Shown piece by piece: positions 38,797-47,546 of a stretch of DNA of 52,879 nt. The translations under genes and the position numbers were made by a program. The DNA is from a virus (Duplodnaviria > Caudoviricetes). The notes beneath the pieces were generated by a model. It saw only the letters and a program-made list of their open reading frames with translations, had not been told where the DNA came from and did no database searches. Location of the stretch: IMG/VR virus record IMGVR_UViG_3300010222_000005, positions 1 to 52,879 of that record; one strand, given 5' to 3'. Each line of letters starts with the position of its first letter. Within the stretch, counting starts at the first letter, position 1.

Positions 38797-39211
38797 CAGA
38801 CGCCCTCCTGGCTGACCGTCCGTCCGTGTCTCGCAGCGATGCATCTATTCGTGGTGGGGTTGTAGTGTCCCATGGCTTTCGTGCTCCGAAAGCCCGTGGT
38901 CAGGGGCCCAGACCCCTGGCCTCGCTTCAGATTCTCACGAGGGCTCGGGCTTCCACCTAGATATTGGCCGATTTGTACTTAAGCTGGTCGGCACCGGGGT
39001 GAAAGTAAAACGGCGGGCTGTGCAGTCTCGTCGATACTGTTGTTTATCTCGCTATCTGATTCATATTAGGTTTCGAGCTGCTCGGCCGCGCCTCGAGGCC
39101 GGTTTCGGCACTTCGAGGCCGGGGTCCAGGCCGACAAAGGCAGACCGATACCGCCGAATTCTGTTCGTCGCGGCTGAGATAAACCGTATGTCGCTATATC
39201 AATTTCGAGGC

Positions 39212-39658
39212 TTAGTCCTCAGCTGGCTCGGGGAGATTGAGCAACTCTTGGAGTTCGTCCATGTCGCGCTCGTCGACATCGCCGACCACCGCCAGCCCGA
39301 GCACGAGCAGCCGGTTGTACCAGTGTGGATGCTTGTTGAGACGGCGTCCCACCTCGGTCTGGTACCGGAGGTTCAGCCGGTCGAACGTGAGGTCGAGTTC
39401 CTCGAGGAGTTCGGGGGGCATGTAGAACTCGCGGTCGGCACCGTCGCGGACGTTCGCCTCGTCGATATCGGTCATCTCGAAGCCGCCAGGCGTACTGTAC
39501 GTGCTGGACGTACCGTACGGGGCGTCCGTCACGCCCGGGGCGTTCGGGGCGTCCTCGTCGTTCCGGTCTGGGTCGGGCTCCTCCGCTTTCTCCTCGCCGG
39601 CGTCGTCGAAGCGCTCGCTCAGCCGGTCGGCGACGTCCTCTCGGTCGCCGTCAGGCAT
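39212..39658 (-). CDS. ParA partner protein (putative centromere-binding)
   Basis: Overlaps the parA stop; disordered N-terminus, then FYMPPELLEELDLTFDRL...KHPHWY. Confidence 0.7.
   Translation of the reverse strand: MPDGDREDVADRLSERFDDAGEEKAEEPDPDRNDEDAPNAPGVTDAPYGTSSTYSTPGGFEMTDIDEANVRDGADREFYMPPELLEELDLTFDRLNLRYQTEVGRRLNKHPHWYNRLLVLGLAVVGDVDERDMDELQELLNLPEPAED
39491..39549. repeat. 9-bp-period CGTAC-type repeats inside the ParA partner gene
   Basis: CGTACTGTA CGTGCTGGA .. CGTACGGGG CGTCCGTCA CGCCCGGGG CGTTCGGGG. Confidence 0.65.
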
Positions 39659-40430
39659 CGGCAGTCACCTCCTCAAGCAGCACCGCGATGTCTTCGTACA
39701 CCGCCTTCATATCGGTGTCCTCGGCGTCGGGCCCGAACACCGATCCGTCGTTAGTGAGCGAGCGTTTGATAGCCGCCCGATTCCGCACCTCAAAGACGGG
39801 GCACCGCCCCTCGAAAGTATCCTCAAACCACTCAATAGCCTCCTGTTGTTCGTTGTCGAGCGGATGCTCGACGTTGGAGACGATGATGGCCTGCTCGTGC
39901 AGCTCGACGTCGTAGTCACGCTCCAGAGACTCAATCTGGTTGAGGAGGTGGTCTAGTGCCAAGACTGACGAGTCTTCGGCCTCGACGGGCACTAGGAGGT
40001 TCCGGCACGCCAGCAGGACGTTGTCGTTGATGGGCCCCAGTGATGGTGGCGCGTCGACGAGGACGTGGTCGTACTGCCCAAGCGAGCCCATGATGTCGCC
40101 GAGACGCTGTCGGGGTTTTCGGCCAGCGGCGATGAGGTCCTGCTCAAGCCTGAACATGTCGACGTTCGCCGGGAGGACATCCATCTCGTCGTGGCTGACG
40201 ATGAACTCCGTAGCGTCGTACTCGGCAGGGCTCTTGAACAGGTCGTACAGCGAGGGTGGGCTATCGGTGTAGACATCTTTGAACCCGAGCGTGTGGGTTA
40301 GATAGCCCTGTGGATCAGCGTCAATAGCGAGGACATCGTGACCGCGATCTGCCAGCGCCCCAGCGATGTTGATGCTGTTCGTGGTCTTCGCGACTCCGCC
40401 CTTCTGGTTCGCCACCGCGAACGATTGCAT
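39651..40430 (-). CDS. parA: ParA/Soj family ATPase
   Basis: NQKGGVAKTT deviant Walker A, IDADPQG, VDAPPSLG. Confidence 0.96.
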   Translation of the reverse strand: MQSFAVANQKGGVAKTTNSINIAGALADRGHDVLAIDADPQGYLTHTLGFKDVYTDSPPSLYDLFKSPAEYDATEFIVSHDEMDVLPANVDMFRLEQDLIAAGRKPRQRLGDIMGSLGQYDHVLVDAPPSLGPINDNVLLACRNLLVPVEAEDSSVLALDHLLNQIESLERDYDVELHEQAIIVSNVEHPLDNEQQEAIEWFEDTFEGRCPVFEVRNRAAIKRSLTNDGSVFGPDAEDTDMKAVYEDIAVLLEEVTADA

Positions 40431-40459
40431 GGAAGGGGGTGTGTGCCCCCCGACTTAGC

Positions 40460-40518
40460 CGTTCGGGACGGAACGCACGGGACGTACGCCCCGTGCAGCA
40501 CGTACGGTACGTACGGGA
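40460..40518. repeat. 9-bp-period CGTAC-type repeats upstream of parA
   Basis: CGTTCGGGA CGGAACGCA CGGGACGTA .. CGTGCAGCA CGTACGGTA CGTACGGGA. Confidence 0.7.
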
Positions 40519-40620
40519 CGCCGCCACGCCCTGCCCGGCGGCCGCCCACGCCTCGCGGCCGCCATCCTAGAGTCTGTCCGCGGCTTAGAACAGCAACTCG
40601 TACGCCTTGCACATGGCCCC

Positions 40621-41100
40621 TCAGTCCTCAATGCCGCCCGGGTCGTCGAACACGAGCTCAAAGTCTATCTTCTGGTGGAGCTTCTGGACCGCCTCTTCGA
40701 GCTCGTCGAGTCGGCTCTCAAGATTGGCAATCCGCTCTGCCGTGGCCACGTCTTTCGGGTGGTGGTCACCGAACCCGTGCTTTGCGAGGGCGTCCTTGAG
40801 ATGGCGGTCGCCACGGTGGGTTAGTTCAACCGCCTTCGGACCGAACCCGCTCTCGGTGATTGGCGGGTCGTAAATCTCGATGAGCCCAACCTCCTCGCCG
40901 GCAATGTCTGACTTCTCATGGAGCCGGTGCTTGATTTCCTGCCGCGTTAGCGACGTCGCCTCCCGAAGCGTCGTCGTATTCGCTGGCCTCTCTCCATCCG
41001 CCGCGCCAGCGTAGTTATCTGGGTTGTTATTGATGTCGCGAACAGCTTTCAGAAACTCGATATCTTTCAATGAGAGGTCGGGGTCGGACTCATCAATCAT
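40621..41100 (-). CDS. Winged-helix protein with C-terminal coiled coil
   Basis: ANTTTLREATSLTRQEIKHRL...VELTHRG; RIANLESRLDELEEAVQKL. Confidence 0.75.
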   Translation of the reverse strand: MIDESDPDLSLKDIEFLKAVRDINNNPDNYAGAADGERPANTTTLREATSLTRQEIKHRLHEKSDIAGEEVGLIEIYDPPITESGFGPKAVELTHRGDRHLKDALAKHGFGDHHPKDVATAERIANLESRLDELEEAVQKLHQKIDFELVFDDPGGIED

Positions 41101-41184
41101 GGGTTCATACCCCGCCTGAATGCTGCCAGCATGGTTCGCCTGAACTGTGTTCGTGCGATGTTCAAATAGCTCGGGGATGGCTGC

Positions 41185-41375
41185 GACCCAGTACTGAACG
41201 GGTACGTGTTCCTACCCCCACAGTCATGAACCAGTCCAGAACAGGGGTGTAATTCCCCAACCCGGTTGCTGTGAACCAGTACTGAAGGGGTAGGGTTTCT
41301 TACCTCCCCCACTATGAATCAGTCTGGAATGGGGGTGTGATCGCCCAACCCCCTGACTATGAACTGGGGTTGAAC
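41185..41375. repeat. Degenerate tandem array, five units spaced 43/45/43/45 bp (iteron-like)
   Basis: GA[AC][CT][CT][AG]G...GAA units start at 41185, 41228, 41273, 41316 and 41361; units 1/3 and 2/4 are most alike (88-bp dimer). Confidence 0.75.
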
Positions 41376-41656
41376 CGGGATAATTTCACCCGCTCAGCAG
41401 CCCGCCACAGTATATACTGGGTTTGCCCCCCGCTGATGAGATTGACGCCGGACCAACGAGCGTGGGTGTCGCCCAGGGTTGGGTGTCGGGCAGAGCGCAT
41501 CGCTGGACTTCTCGGCTGCCGGGCGCCGAGCAAGCGCGCCTCAACTCGGGAGTTGAAGCCGCGAATCGAGCCACTTCAGAAGTAGTCTTGATGCTGATAT
41601 GTGAGCGCGTTCCGGACCCTGTAACACACCAGCTTTCGATGGAGTCGTCAGCCGCG

Positions 41657-43639
41657 CTACTGTGCGGTGGTGTCCCAATCCGACTTCGTGATATCAATAC
41701 CCTTCTCGGCGAGGAACTGCGTCGATTCGCGGCCCCAGTCGGCCTCGCCAGAGCCCTTCGTCAGCAGGATGTAGACCTGCGAGGAGCCGCTGGGCCGCAT
41801 CGTCCGGCCGGCCCGCTGGCCAGTCTGCGAACGGCTCGAGCCCATCGTTGACGCCAAGATGGCTACCTCGGCGTCCGGGAGGTCGATTCCCTCGTCACCG
41901 ACGCGGGAGATGAACAGCGTGTCGAGGTTGTCCGTCTCATCACGAAACCGCTCGTACAACGCGTCTCGGTCGCTGTGGCTGGTCTTCCCGTAGATGAACG
42001 GTAGGTCCAGCGCGTCGGCAAACGTCTTACCCTGCTTGATCCAGTCGACGAACACTAACGTCTTCGCGTCCGGGTGCTGGTTCCGGAGCTCACGAATCGC
42101 CTCGATTTTCGCGGGATTCTTCGCCGCCTCAATTAGCCGCCGGTTCCCGCTGGTCTGTTGGTACTGCTCGCGATGGTCGTCGGAGGCCCACGGCACCATC
42201 ACTAGCTCGACGTCAGGCTTCTCGACGTAACCATCGGCGAACAGTCGTCCCCAGTCGGACCCGACCGGCGGGCCGATGAGCGTGTAAATCTCCTTGGCGT
42301 CGCCACTCTCCCGGACGGGCGTTGCTGACAAGCCGAGGCGAGCCGTCGACTGAATCTCCCGGAAGCGCTTCCAGGTGTCGGCAACGGCGTGGTGGCACTC
42401 GTCGGCGATGACCAGCCCCCAGTCGCGCTCGTTGAAGAGCTTGCGGTGACGGGACATCGCCGCCGTGTCATAGGTGGCGATGGTAATCGGACGAATTTCC
42501 TTTGATCCGCCGTGGTACTCGCCGATATTGTTGACATTCGAGAGGATTTCGCCGTCGTCGATCTCCAGCTTGTCCTGAATCTCGTCGCGCCACTGGCTGG
42601 CGAGCTCGCGGCTCGGGACGAGGATGAGCGTCTCGCCGGAGATGGCAGCCATCGCACCGAGCGCGGCGACGGTCTTCCCCGATCCCGAGGGCCCGACGAA
42701 CACGCCGGCCTTCCGGGCGACGAAGTGGTCCACCCACTCCTGCTGGTAATCGCGCAACTCAATCTCTGGCTGCAACTGGAGCGGTAGGTCTGCGCCCTCC
42801 TTGAGACGCCGCTCGTCAACGACTGGATAGCCCTCTTCGTAGAGGACCTCCTTGACCTCAGCCTCGACGCCGCGCTTCAGCCGCATTCCGGTGTCGCCGG
42901 CGTACTGAGTATAGTGATCGTTGTGCTCAAGCTGGCGCTTGGCGACGTTCTCGAAGGCGTCACGATCCGCGGCCTCTAGAACGGTGTAGCTATTGCTGCT
43001 GCTGTCGGTGGCGGTCCGCAAGTGGAACTGGTGGGCTCGCGTCCAGTCGTCCTGCAGCCGCGACTCGAGGCCGTCGTCCCACTGGTCGCCGGCCAGGTCT
43101 GCGAGGTCGTCGCGTAGCGTCTCGAAGTCATCGTACGCCGAGTTCCAGACGTCGGCTTCAGAGACTTTGTAGAGTCGCCCCTCACCCGAAGAGTCGACTA
43201 GGTGAGCAGTCTGTGAGAGGATGCGTTTGGTCTCGTCGCTGCCCTCGTGGACGGCGAACTCCCGCCGGGATGGGAAGCACATGACTCGCTCGTCATCCGA
43301 TTGTGCCGGCGCAACCCCTCTGCTCCCTTCTTGCGATTGTGCCGGCGCAACTGCCGAATCGTCCGAATCGGCGTCCGCTTGCGCCGCCGCAACTCGGTAC
43401 TTTTCGGCTGATTTGAGGTCGTCCTCTGGAGGCAGATACACGACCGCCCCACCACCGACTCGGTCTCGGTCGAGGTTGTCCTGTTCGTGCTGTCCGACGA
43501 GGTACTGGCGGGCCAGCTCTCGCGAACAGCCGACCTGGTCAGCGACTCGACGAGAGGTCACCAGCTCGCCGGCGACTAGAGTCTCTTCGACAGCGGCCGG
43601 GAAGTCTTCGGGGTCGTACTCGTGTTGTGTTGTCGTCAT
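41657..43639 (-). CDS. XPB/Rad25-like SF2 helicase with N-terminal HTH
   Basis: LRDYQ, GPSGSGKT, DECHH, GLSATP, EGIDLP, QRAGR. Confidence 0.93.
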   Translation of the reverse strand: MTTTQHEYDPEDFPAAVEETLVAGELVTSRRVADQVGCSRELARQYLVGQHEQDNLDRDRVGGGAVVYLPPEDDLKSAEKYRVAAAQADADSDDSAVAPAQSQEGSRGVAPAQSDDERVMCFPSRREFAVHEGSDETKRILSQTAHLVDSSGEGRLYKVSEADVWNSAYDDFETLRDDLADLAGDQWDDGLESRLQDDWTRAHQFHLRTATDSSSNSYTVLEAADRDAFENVAKRQLEHNDHYTQYAGDTGMRLKRGVEAEVKEVLYEEGYPVVDERRLKEGADLPLQLQPEIELRDYQQEWVDHFVARKAGVFVGPSGSGKTVAALGAMAAISGETLILVPSRELASQWRDEIQDKLEIDDGEILSNVNNIGEYHGGSKEIRPITIATYDTAAMSRHRKLFNERDWGLVIADECHHAVADTWKRFREIQSTARLGLSATPVRESGDAKEIYTLIGPPVGSDWGRLFADGYVEKPDVELVMVPWASDDHREQYQQTSGNRRLIEAAKNPAKIEAIRELRNQHPDAKTLVFVDWIKQGKTFADALDLPFIYGKTSHSDRDALYERFRDETDNLDTLFISRVGDEGIDLPDAEVAILASTMGSSRSQTGQRAGRTMRPSGSSQVYILLTKGSGEADWGRESTQFLAEKGIDITKSDWDTTAQ

Positions 43640-44433
43640 TACTTAACCACCTGTTCGCCGAGGTCAGGCCGTGTGTCGCTTAGCTCGTCCGGGAGCGGCG
43701 GGAGTTCCCGCAGCACCGTCCGAGTCATATTCTCCTCAACGAGTGCTTTCCCGCGCTCGTTGTGCCGGTTCGCGCTCTGCTTGAAGAATACCGGCAGCCC
43801 TTCTTCGCGTGCGGCGTCTCGGATCTCACGGGCCCACGCATGGGGCATCTCTCGGTGATTCGGCCCGGATTCGCCACCGATCACGACCCAGTCCATGCCC
43901 TGGAGGTCGGGCGAGCCGACGCGATCAACGAGCGGCTCGAAGCTGACCCACTTCGTCGCGGCGGCGGTCGCCCGGAGATGCTCGATGCGATAGGAACGCC
44001 GGGCGGTTTCGACGCTGACGCCCATCCAGAGGTTGTCGGGCCACCGACCGCCGGTTTCGCGGTCCCACTCTAGCATCCGGTTGTTCTCGGTGCCGTGCTT
44101 CGTCAGTGCTTGAAAGGCGTGTTGGGGGTTCCGTTCGATCACGTCGAAGATCTCGTGAACGTAGCTGAACGGGACGTTTTCGTGGAACAGGTCAGACATC
44201 GAATTGACGAAGATGCGAAGCGGGTCCTTGTCGTCGGGGTACTCGAGATGGTGGCCCTGCAGCTGCACGTTCTCGTCGGCGTTGGCGACCGTCCACGCCT
44301 CGGTCGTGTGATCGTACTGCTGAGACTGCCGAGCGGCGTAGCAATTCCGACAGCCCTCGCTGATCTTGTGGCAGCCGTGGACGGGGTTCCAGGTGTCGTC
44401 GCACCAGCCGATGTTGGTGTCTTTCGTGGGCAT
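43639..44433 (-). CDS. DUF5131 / phage Gp37-Gp68 family protein (radical-SAM-like three-Cys motif)
   Basis: TWNPVHGCHKISEGCRNCYA, IFVNSMSDLFH, SFEPL, WVVIGGESG, FFKQ. Confidence 0.93.
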   Translation of the reverse strand: MPTKDTNIGWCDDTWNPVHGCHKISEGCRNCYAARQSQQYDHTTEAWTVANADENVQLQGHHLEYPDDKDPLRIFVNSMSDLFHENVPFSYVHEIFDVIERNPQHAFQALTKHGTENNRMLEWDRETGGRWPDNLWMGVSVETARRSYRIEHLRATAAATKWVSFEPLVDRVGSPDLQGMDWVVIGGESGPNHREMPHAWAREIRDAAREEGLPVFFKQSANRHNERGKALVEENMTRTVLRELPPLPDELSDTRPDLGEQVVK

Positions 44434-45074
44434 CAGGTATCACGCTCCTCGCGCTCAATTGGGAACCACCACTGCCGGCCGCCCTCAATCAGCAGCCCGA
44501 CCCGCGGTGGCCGGTCCTCGGTCGGCAGACACTCCTCGTTGCGGAGCTGGGCCGTCCGACCGACGCCGTCCAAGTAGTCGGGACCCCAGTGGCTGGCTCG
44601 GACGCTCCCGAAGACAGCGTCGCGGGCGTTATCGCCGGGGCAGTGTGAGTCGACGGTCGCCGTCGGCGCGCGGATGATGAGCCGGTCGGCTGCCCGGAAG
44701 CGTTCGGGTAACCAGAGGCCGTCCTCGGAGGCCCGTAGCGGCTCATCCTCGAGGCCGACCAGCCGGTGCAGGAGCCGCCGCTGGCGGTCGTGCTCAAACT
44801 CAAGCTTACGCCATAGCTGCCGCGAGGTCGCCTCGATTAGTCGCTTCGCCCCGTCGTGGATGGTGACCGGGTCGTGCTGGCGGTCGTGGGTGGCGCAGAG
44901 GTCCATCCCTGGTTTCACGGACCGCGCGGCGGCGCAACGCTGGCCGTCCGTGGTGATGGCCGTACACCGACCGTTCGGATATGAGCGCCTGCTATCTTGT
45001 CCGCCCTGGCTTGGGGTGTCGCTGGTGTGGTCGGGATTCTCAACACCGGCACCAAACTGCGAGAGGTCGCTCAC
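44433..45074 (-). CDS. Hypothetical protein with C-C-C-H finger
   Basis: RCTAITTDGQRC...LCATH. Confidence 0.75.
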   Translation of the reverse strand: MSDLSQFGAGVENPDHTSDTPSQGGQDSRRSYPNGRCTAITTDGQRCAAARSVKPGMDLCATHDRQHDPVTIHDGAKRLIEATSRQLWRKLEFEHDRQRRLLHRLVGLEDEPLRASEDGLWLPERFRAADRLIIRAPTATVDSHCPGDNARDAVFGSVRASHWGPDYLDGVGRTAQLRNEECLPTEDRPPRVGLLIEGGRQWWFPIEREERDT

Positions 45075-45460
45075 GCCACCACCGCCAGGGGCTCGTGCAG
45101 CCGCCGGTCGTTGTGCTCGGCGAACCGGCGCCGCTTCTGGTAGACCCGCTTGGCCTGCCGGCCCTCAAGGGCGACGTGCTCGTCGGCGGGGAGGACTCCG
45201 CAGTCAGGACACTCGCGGGTCCGCGTCCCGGCGTCGCGGTTGACGACGACCTGCATCCGGACGACGGCGCCGCACTCGGGACAGTGCCGTGTCGGGTAGT
45301 GGATGTCGACGTATCTCTCCTCGTACCCCAGCGCCGCCATTCCGTGGCTCTCGGTCAGGGCGGCGGCGATGTCGGCCAGCAGGTCATCGGGTGTCTCGAG
45401 GCGGTTCAGCGGTCGCTCCTCAATGTACGACGCGATGGCCCGCGGGTAGCCCTTAGGCAT
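45071..45460 (-). CDS. CPxCG Zn-ribbon protein
   Basis: CPECG...CPDCG; ATG 45460 preferred. Confidence 0.7.
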   Translation of the reverse strand: MPKGYPRAIASYIEERPLNRLETPDDLLADIAAALTESHGMAALGYEERYVDIHYPTRHCPECGAVVRMQVVVNRDAGTRTRECPDCGVLPADEHVALEGRQAKRVYQKRRRFAEHNDRRLHEPLAVVA

Positions 45461-45737
45461 GCAACCACCGCCAGAGTCGGCTGAGCAGTCCGGGATCGCG
45501 TGGCCGCGTTCGCTCACTGCAGGTGGAGCCCTCAAAGACCTCGCCGTCGCGGACGATAATATGGGTGTAGTAACTGTGTGCTCGCTCGTGTGTGCGGGCC
45601 ACCTCACCGCGCCAGCCGCAGACCGGGCAGCCGCGGGCCGAGTCCGCACTTTGGATAGGACTCGTGTCTCGCCCGGCGCCGCCCTCTTCGGTCGGGATAT
45701 AGCCAGCGCCGTCGTCGGGCGTCCAGCCGTCACGCAT
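45453..45737 (-). CDS. CPxCG-containing small protein
   Basis: GCPVCG; GAGGTGA upstream; overlaps both neighbours. Confidence 0.6.
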   Translation of the reverse strand: MRDGWTPDDGAGYIPTEEGGAGRDTSPIQSADSARGCPVCGWRGEVARTHERAHSYYTHIIVRDGEVFEGSTCSERTRPRDPGLLSRLWRWLHA

Positions 45738-46035
45738 CTTTCAGGTCACCTCTTGCTCGCCAGTCGCGGATGTGCAGCGTCCCGCCGTTGACGCGAATGT
45801 AGCCACCGTGGTCAGCGACCAGCTCCAGCAGGTCGCTCGGCAAGTGGAAGGACCCTCTGTCCACGACGTCCAAGAGTACCTCGTAGATGGGCTCATCGTT
45901 CAGGTAGCCGGGCTGGCGGACGCGGGCCAGGCGGAACTCGGCCGCCGGGGTGCCGCTCTGGCCGTCGGTCGGGCCCCTGACGTAGTTCGCGTCGTTGAGC
46001 TGGGCGCGGAGTGCCGCTGCGTCGTCGTGGTTCAT
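45730..46035 (-). CDS. Hypothetical protein
   Basis: GGAGG Shine-Dalgarno; ATGA coupling. Confidence 0.7.
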   Translation of the reverse strand: MNHDDAAALRAQLNDANYVRGPTDGQSGTPAAEFRLARVRQPGYLNDEPIYEVLLDVVDRGSFHLPSDLLELVADHGGYIRVNGGTLHIRDWRARGDLKDA

Positions 46036-46364
46036 CGGTTGCCCTCCTGCGATGGCAGGTGAATATACAACGTTCTTTTCGACGCAAGCGCGGATGTCTG
46101 ACAGATCCTCGCATCACCCCGAACATCGGGACGCTGGCTGGTTGCGCGACGCTCAAGTTTGTTTGCGTACTGTTGGCCGCAGATTGGGCACTCTTGGTCG
46201 TCGGCGCTATCAGCGACCGCTGAGCTTTCATTTGCAACCTGCCGAAGCGCCGCCGCCGCGTGGTCAATAGCCGCAAGTTCGTCGTCGGAGAGTGCTGGGT
46301 CGGCTCCATCCCCCACGCCGATCAAGCGGTCAGCCAGCGTCGCGTAGTCGTACTGCTCGCTCAT
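46032..46364 (-). CDS. CPxCG-containing protein
   Basis: ECPICGQ. Confidence 0.7.
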   Translation of the reverse strand: MSEQYDYATLADRLIGVGDGADPALSDDELAAIDHAAAALRQVANESSAVADSADDQECPICGQQYANKLERRATSQRPDVRGDARICQTSALASKRTLYIHLPSQEGNR

Positions 46365-46651
46365 TGGTCGGCCTCCTGGTCAGTATCCGGCTCTACTGAT
46401 CGGTCGGTTCCGCCGTCGGAAAGTAACGGTGGGTCGCCATTACCGAGACTGAACGCGCGGTTACAACATCGGCAAAAGTGGATTTTCCACGCTCTCTTAC
46501 CACCGTCCGGATGTTCAAGCGCCTGCACACGTTCGCCAGCCGCCTCTCGGGGACAGGTGGCGCAATCCGTCTCGTCCCCTAGAGTCCCGTAAATGTCCTG
46601 TTCAGTGCCGTCCTCAGACACCTCGATCACCTCTGGTCGTATGATCGTCAC
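46361..46651 (-). CDS. CxxC cassette protein
   Basis: CATC...CRCC; ends SDGGTDRSVEPDTDQEADQ (junction motif). Confidence 0.7.
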   Translation of the reverse strand: MTIIRPEVIEVSEDGTEQDIYGTLGDETDCATCPREAAGERVQALEHPDGGKRAWKIHFCRCCNRAFSLGNGDPPLLSDGGTDRSVEPDTDQEADQ

Positions 46652-46754
46652 AGATACCTTTCGCTCTCGGCACCTCGTTGAGACACTCCGGCACCTCGCA
46701 CTCCTGCCAGTGTTTCAGATGGTCAGTCCTGCCTGAGACTTGACTGTTAACCAC
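46614..46754 (-). CDS. Cys/His microprotein (46 aa)
   Basis: Hand translation from GTG after GGAGGTGA: MVNSQVSGRTDHLKHWQECEVPECLNEVPRAKGICDDH... Confidence 0.55.
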   Translation of the reverse strand: MVNSQVSGRTDHLKHWQECEVPECLNEVPRAKGICDDHTTRGDRGV

Positions 46755-46787
46755 TGTCGCTCACCTCCTCGGACCGCTCATTATCCG
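46731..46787. repeat. 57-bp gene-junction repeat J1, copy 1
   Basis: 56/57 identical to 48185-48241. Confidence 0.95.
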
Positions 46788-46992
46788 GTGCGAGTGATCG
46801 GTCGCACTCCTCGCTCGCCGCCGGCGTCGCGCCGGGGGAGGCGGACATCGCGCGGATAACGCTTTTATAGTTTGTATCTGAGGTAAGCACGCAGTCAACG
46901 CACAGGTAGTCATTGTCGCTTGTGGGGACGACAACCAGGTCGCCGCACTCTTCGCAAATCCGGTCAACACCGTCTAAGTCGGGGCCGGTCAT
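46747..46992 (-). CDS. CxxC cassette protein
   Basis: CEECG...CVDC; ends DRSLAPDNERSEEVSDSG. Confidence 0.7.
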   Translation of the reverse strand: MTGPDLDGVDRICEECGDLVVVPTSDNDYLCVDCVLTSDTNYKSVIRAMSASPGATPAASEECDRSLAPDNERSEEVSDSG

Positions 46993-47261
46993 CGCTTTTC
47001 CTCCTGCTCGTTGTTCGTTGCGAGTGAACGGACCGAACCAGCGCACTCGTCACAACAGCGGCGCGTCTCGAGGTCAAACCACTCCGAAATATCCATTCGG
47101 ACCTCGTCGGTCGCACCGCAACCAACACCCTGTCCGCAGGCCGTTGCGTGTTCGTCCCCATCGAAGGATATCGAGTGGTGCCACGTCTCTCGTGTCCCGT
47201 GGTCGACTAGGACGAGCGTACCAGGAGCCTGTTCAGTACCGGAGGTCAACCCATCGGTCAT
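46989..47261 (-). CDS. Cys/His cassette protein
   Basis: Starts MTDGLTSGTEQ; WHH..TACG..CCDEC; ends RSLATNNEQEEKR. Confidence 0.75.
   Translation of the reverse strand: MTDGLTSGTEQAPGTLVLVDHGTRETWHHSISFDGDEHATACGQGVGCGATDEVRMDISEWFDLETRRCCDECAGSVRSLATNNEQEEKR
47188..47242. repeat. 55-bp exact direct repeat, copy 2
   Basis: Identical to 1-55. Confidence 0.97.
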
Positions 47262-47506
47262 TGGAAAGCACCGTCCATGGTACCCGTGTTCATCAATCGC
47301 GCAATGTCTTCTGCGTAGCCTCCGGCCATGCGATAGTAGCCGCGGGCCAGCTCAGGATCGTGATCCTCGTGCCCTGCTGCAACATCGATGATGTCCAACA
47401 ATGTCCAGACGGCTCTCTCACCCCCGTCTTCGGGATCATGTGTAATGGTTGCTGGTTGCTCAATACCGCTGCTGTCGTGATCAGTTGGGCTGTCGTTAGA
47501 TGTCAT
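47258..47506 (-). CDS. Cassette protein
   Basis: Starts MTSNDSPTDHDSSGIEQ. Confidence 0.7.
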   Translation of the reverse strand: MTSNDSPTDHDSSGIEQPATITHDPEDGGERAVWTLLDIIDVAAGHEDHDPELARGYYRMAGGYAEDIARLMNTGTMDGAFQ

Positions 47507-47546
47507 ATTAGGCGTCCTCCCGCTTGTTATCTGTGTCTAATGACTG
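47456..47546. repeat. 91-bp degenerate gene-junction repeat J2, copy 1
   Basis: Ungapped match to 49389-49479, 66/91 by hand count. Confidence 0.85.

Noticed and set aside
38874-38930. tRNA or attP fragment
   Set aside because: The T-arm-like stem lacks the TTCRA loop, and no D arm or acceptor pairing can be built.
41185-41375. CRISPR mini-array
   Set aside because: Units are degenerate along their whole length, the 'spacers' resemble each other, and no cas genes are present.
43299-43351. Duplicated CGATTGTGCCGGCGCAAC
   Set aside because: Encodes VAPAQS twice in a disordered linker of the helicase; most simply a local duplication.
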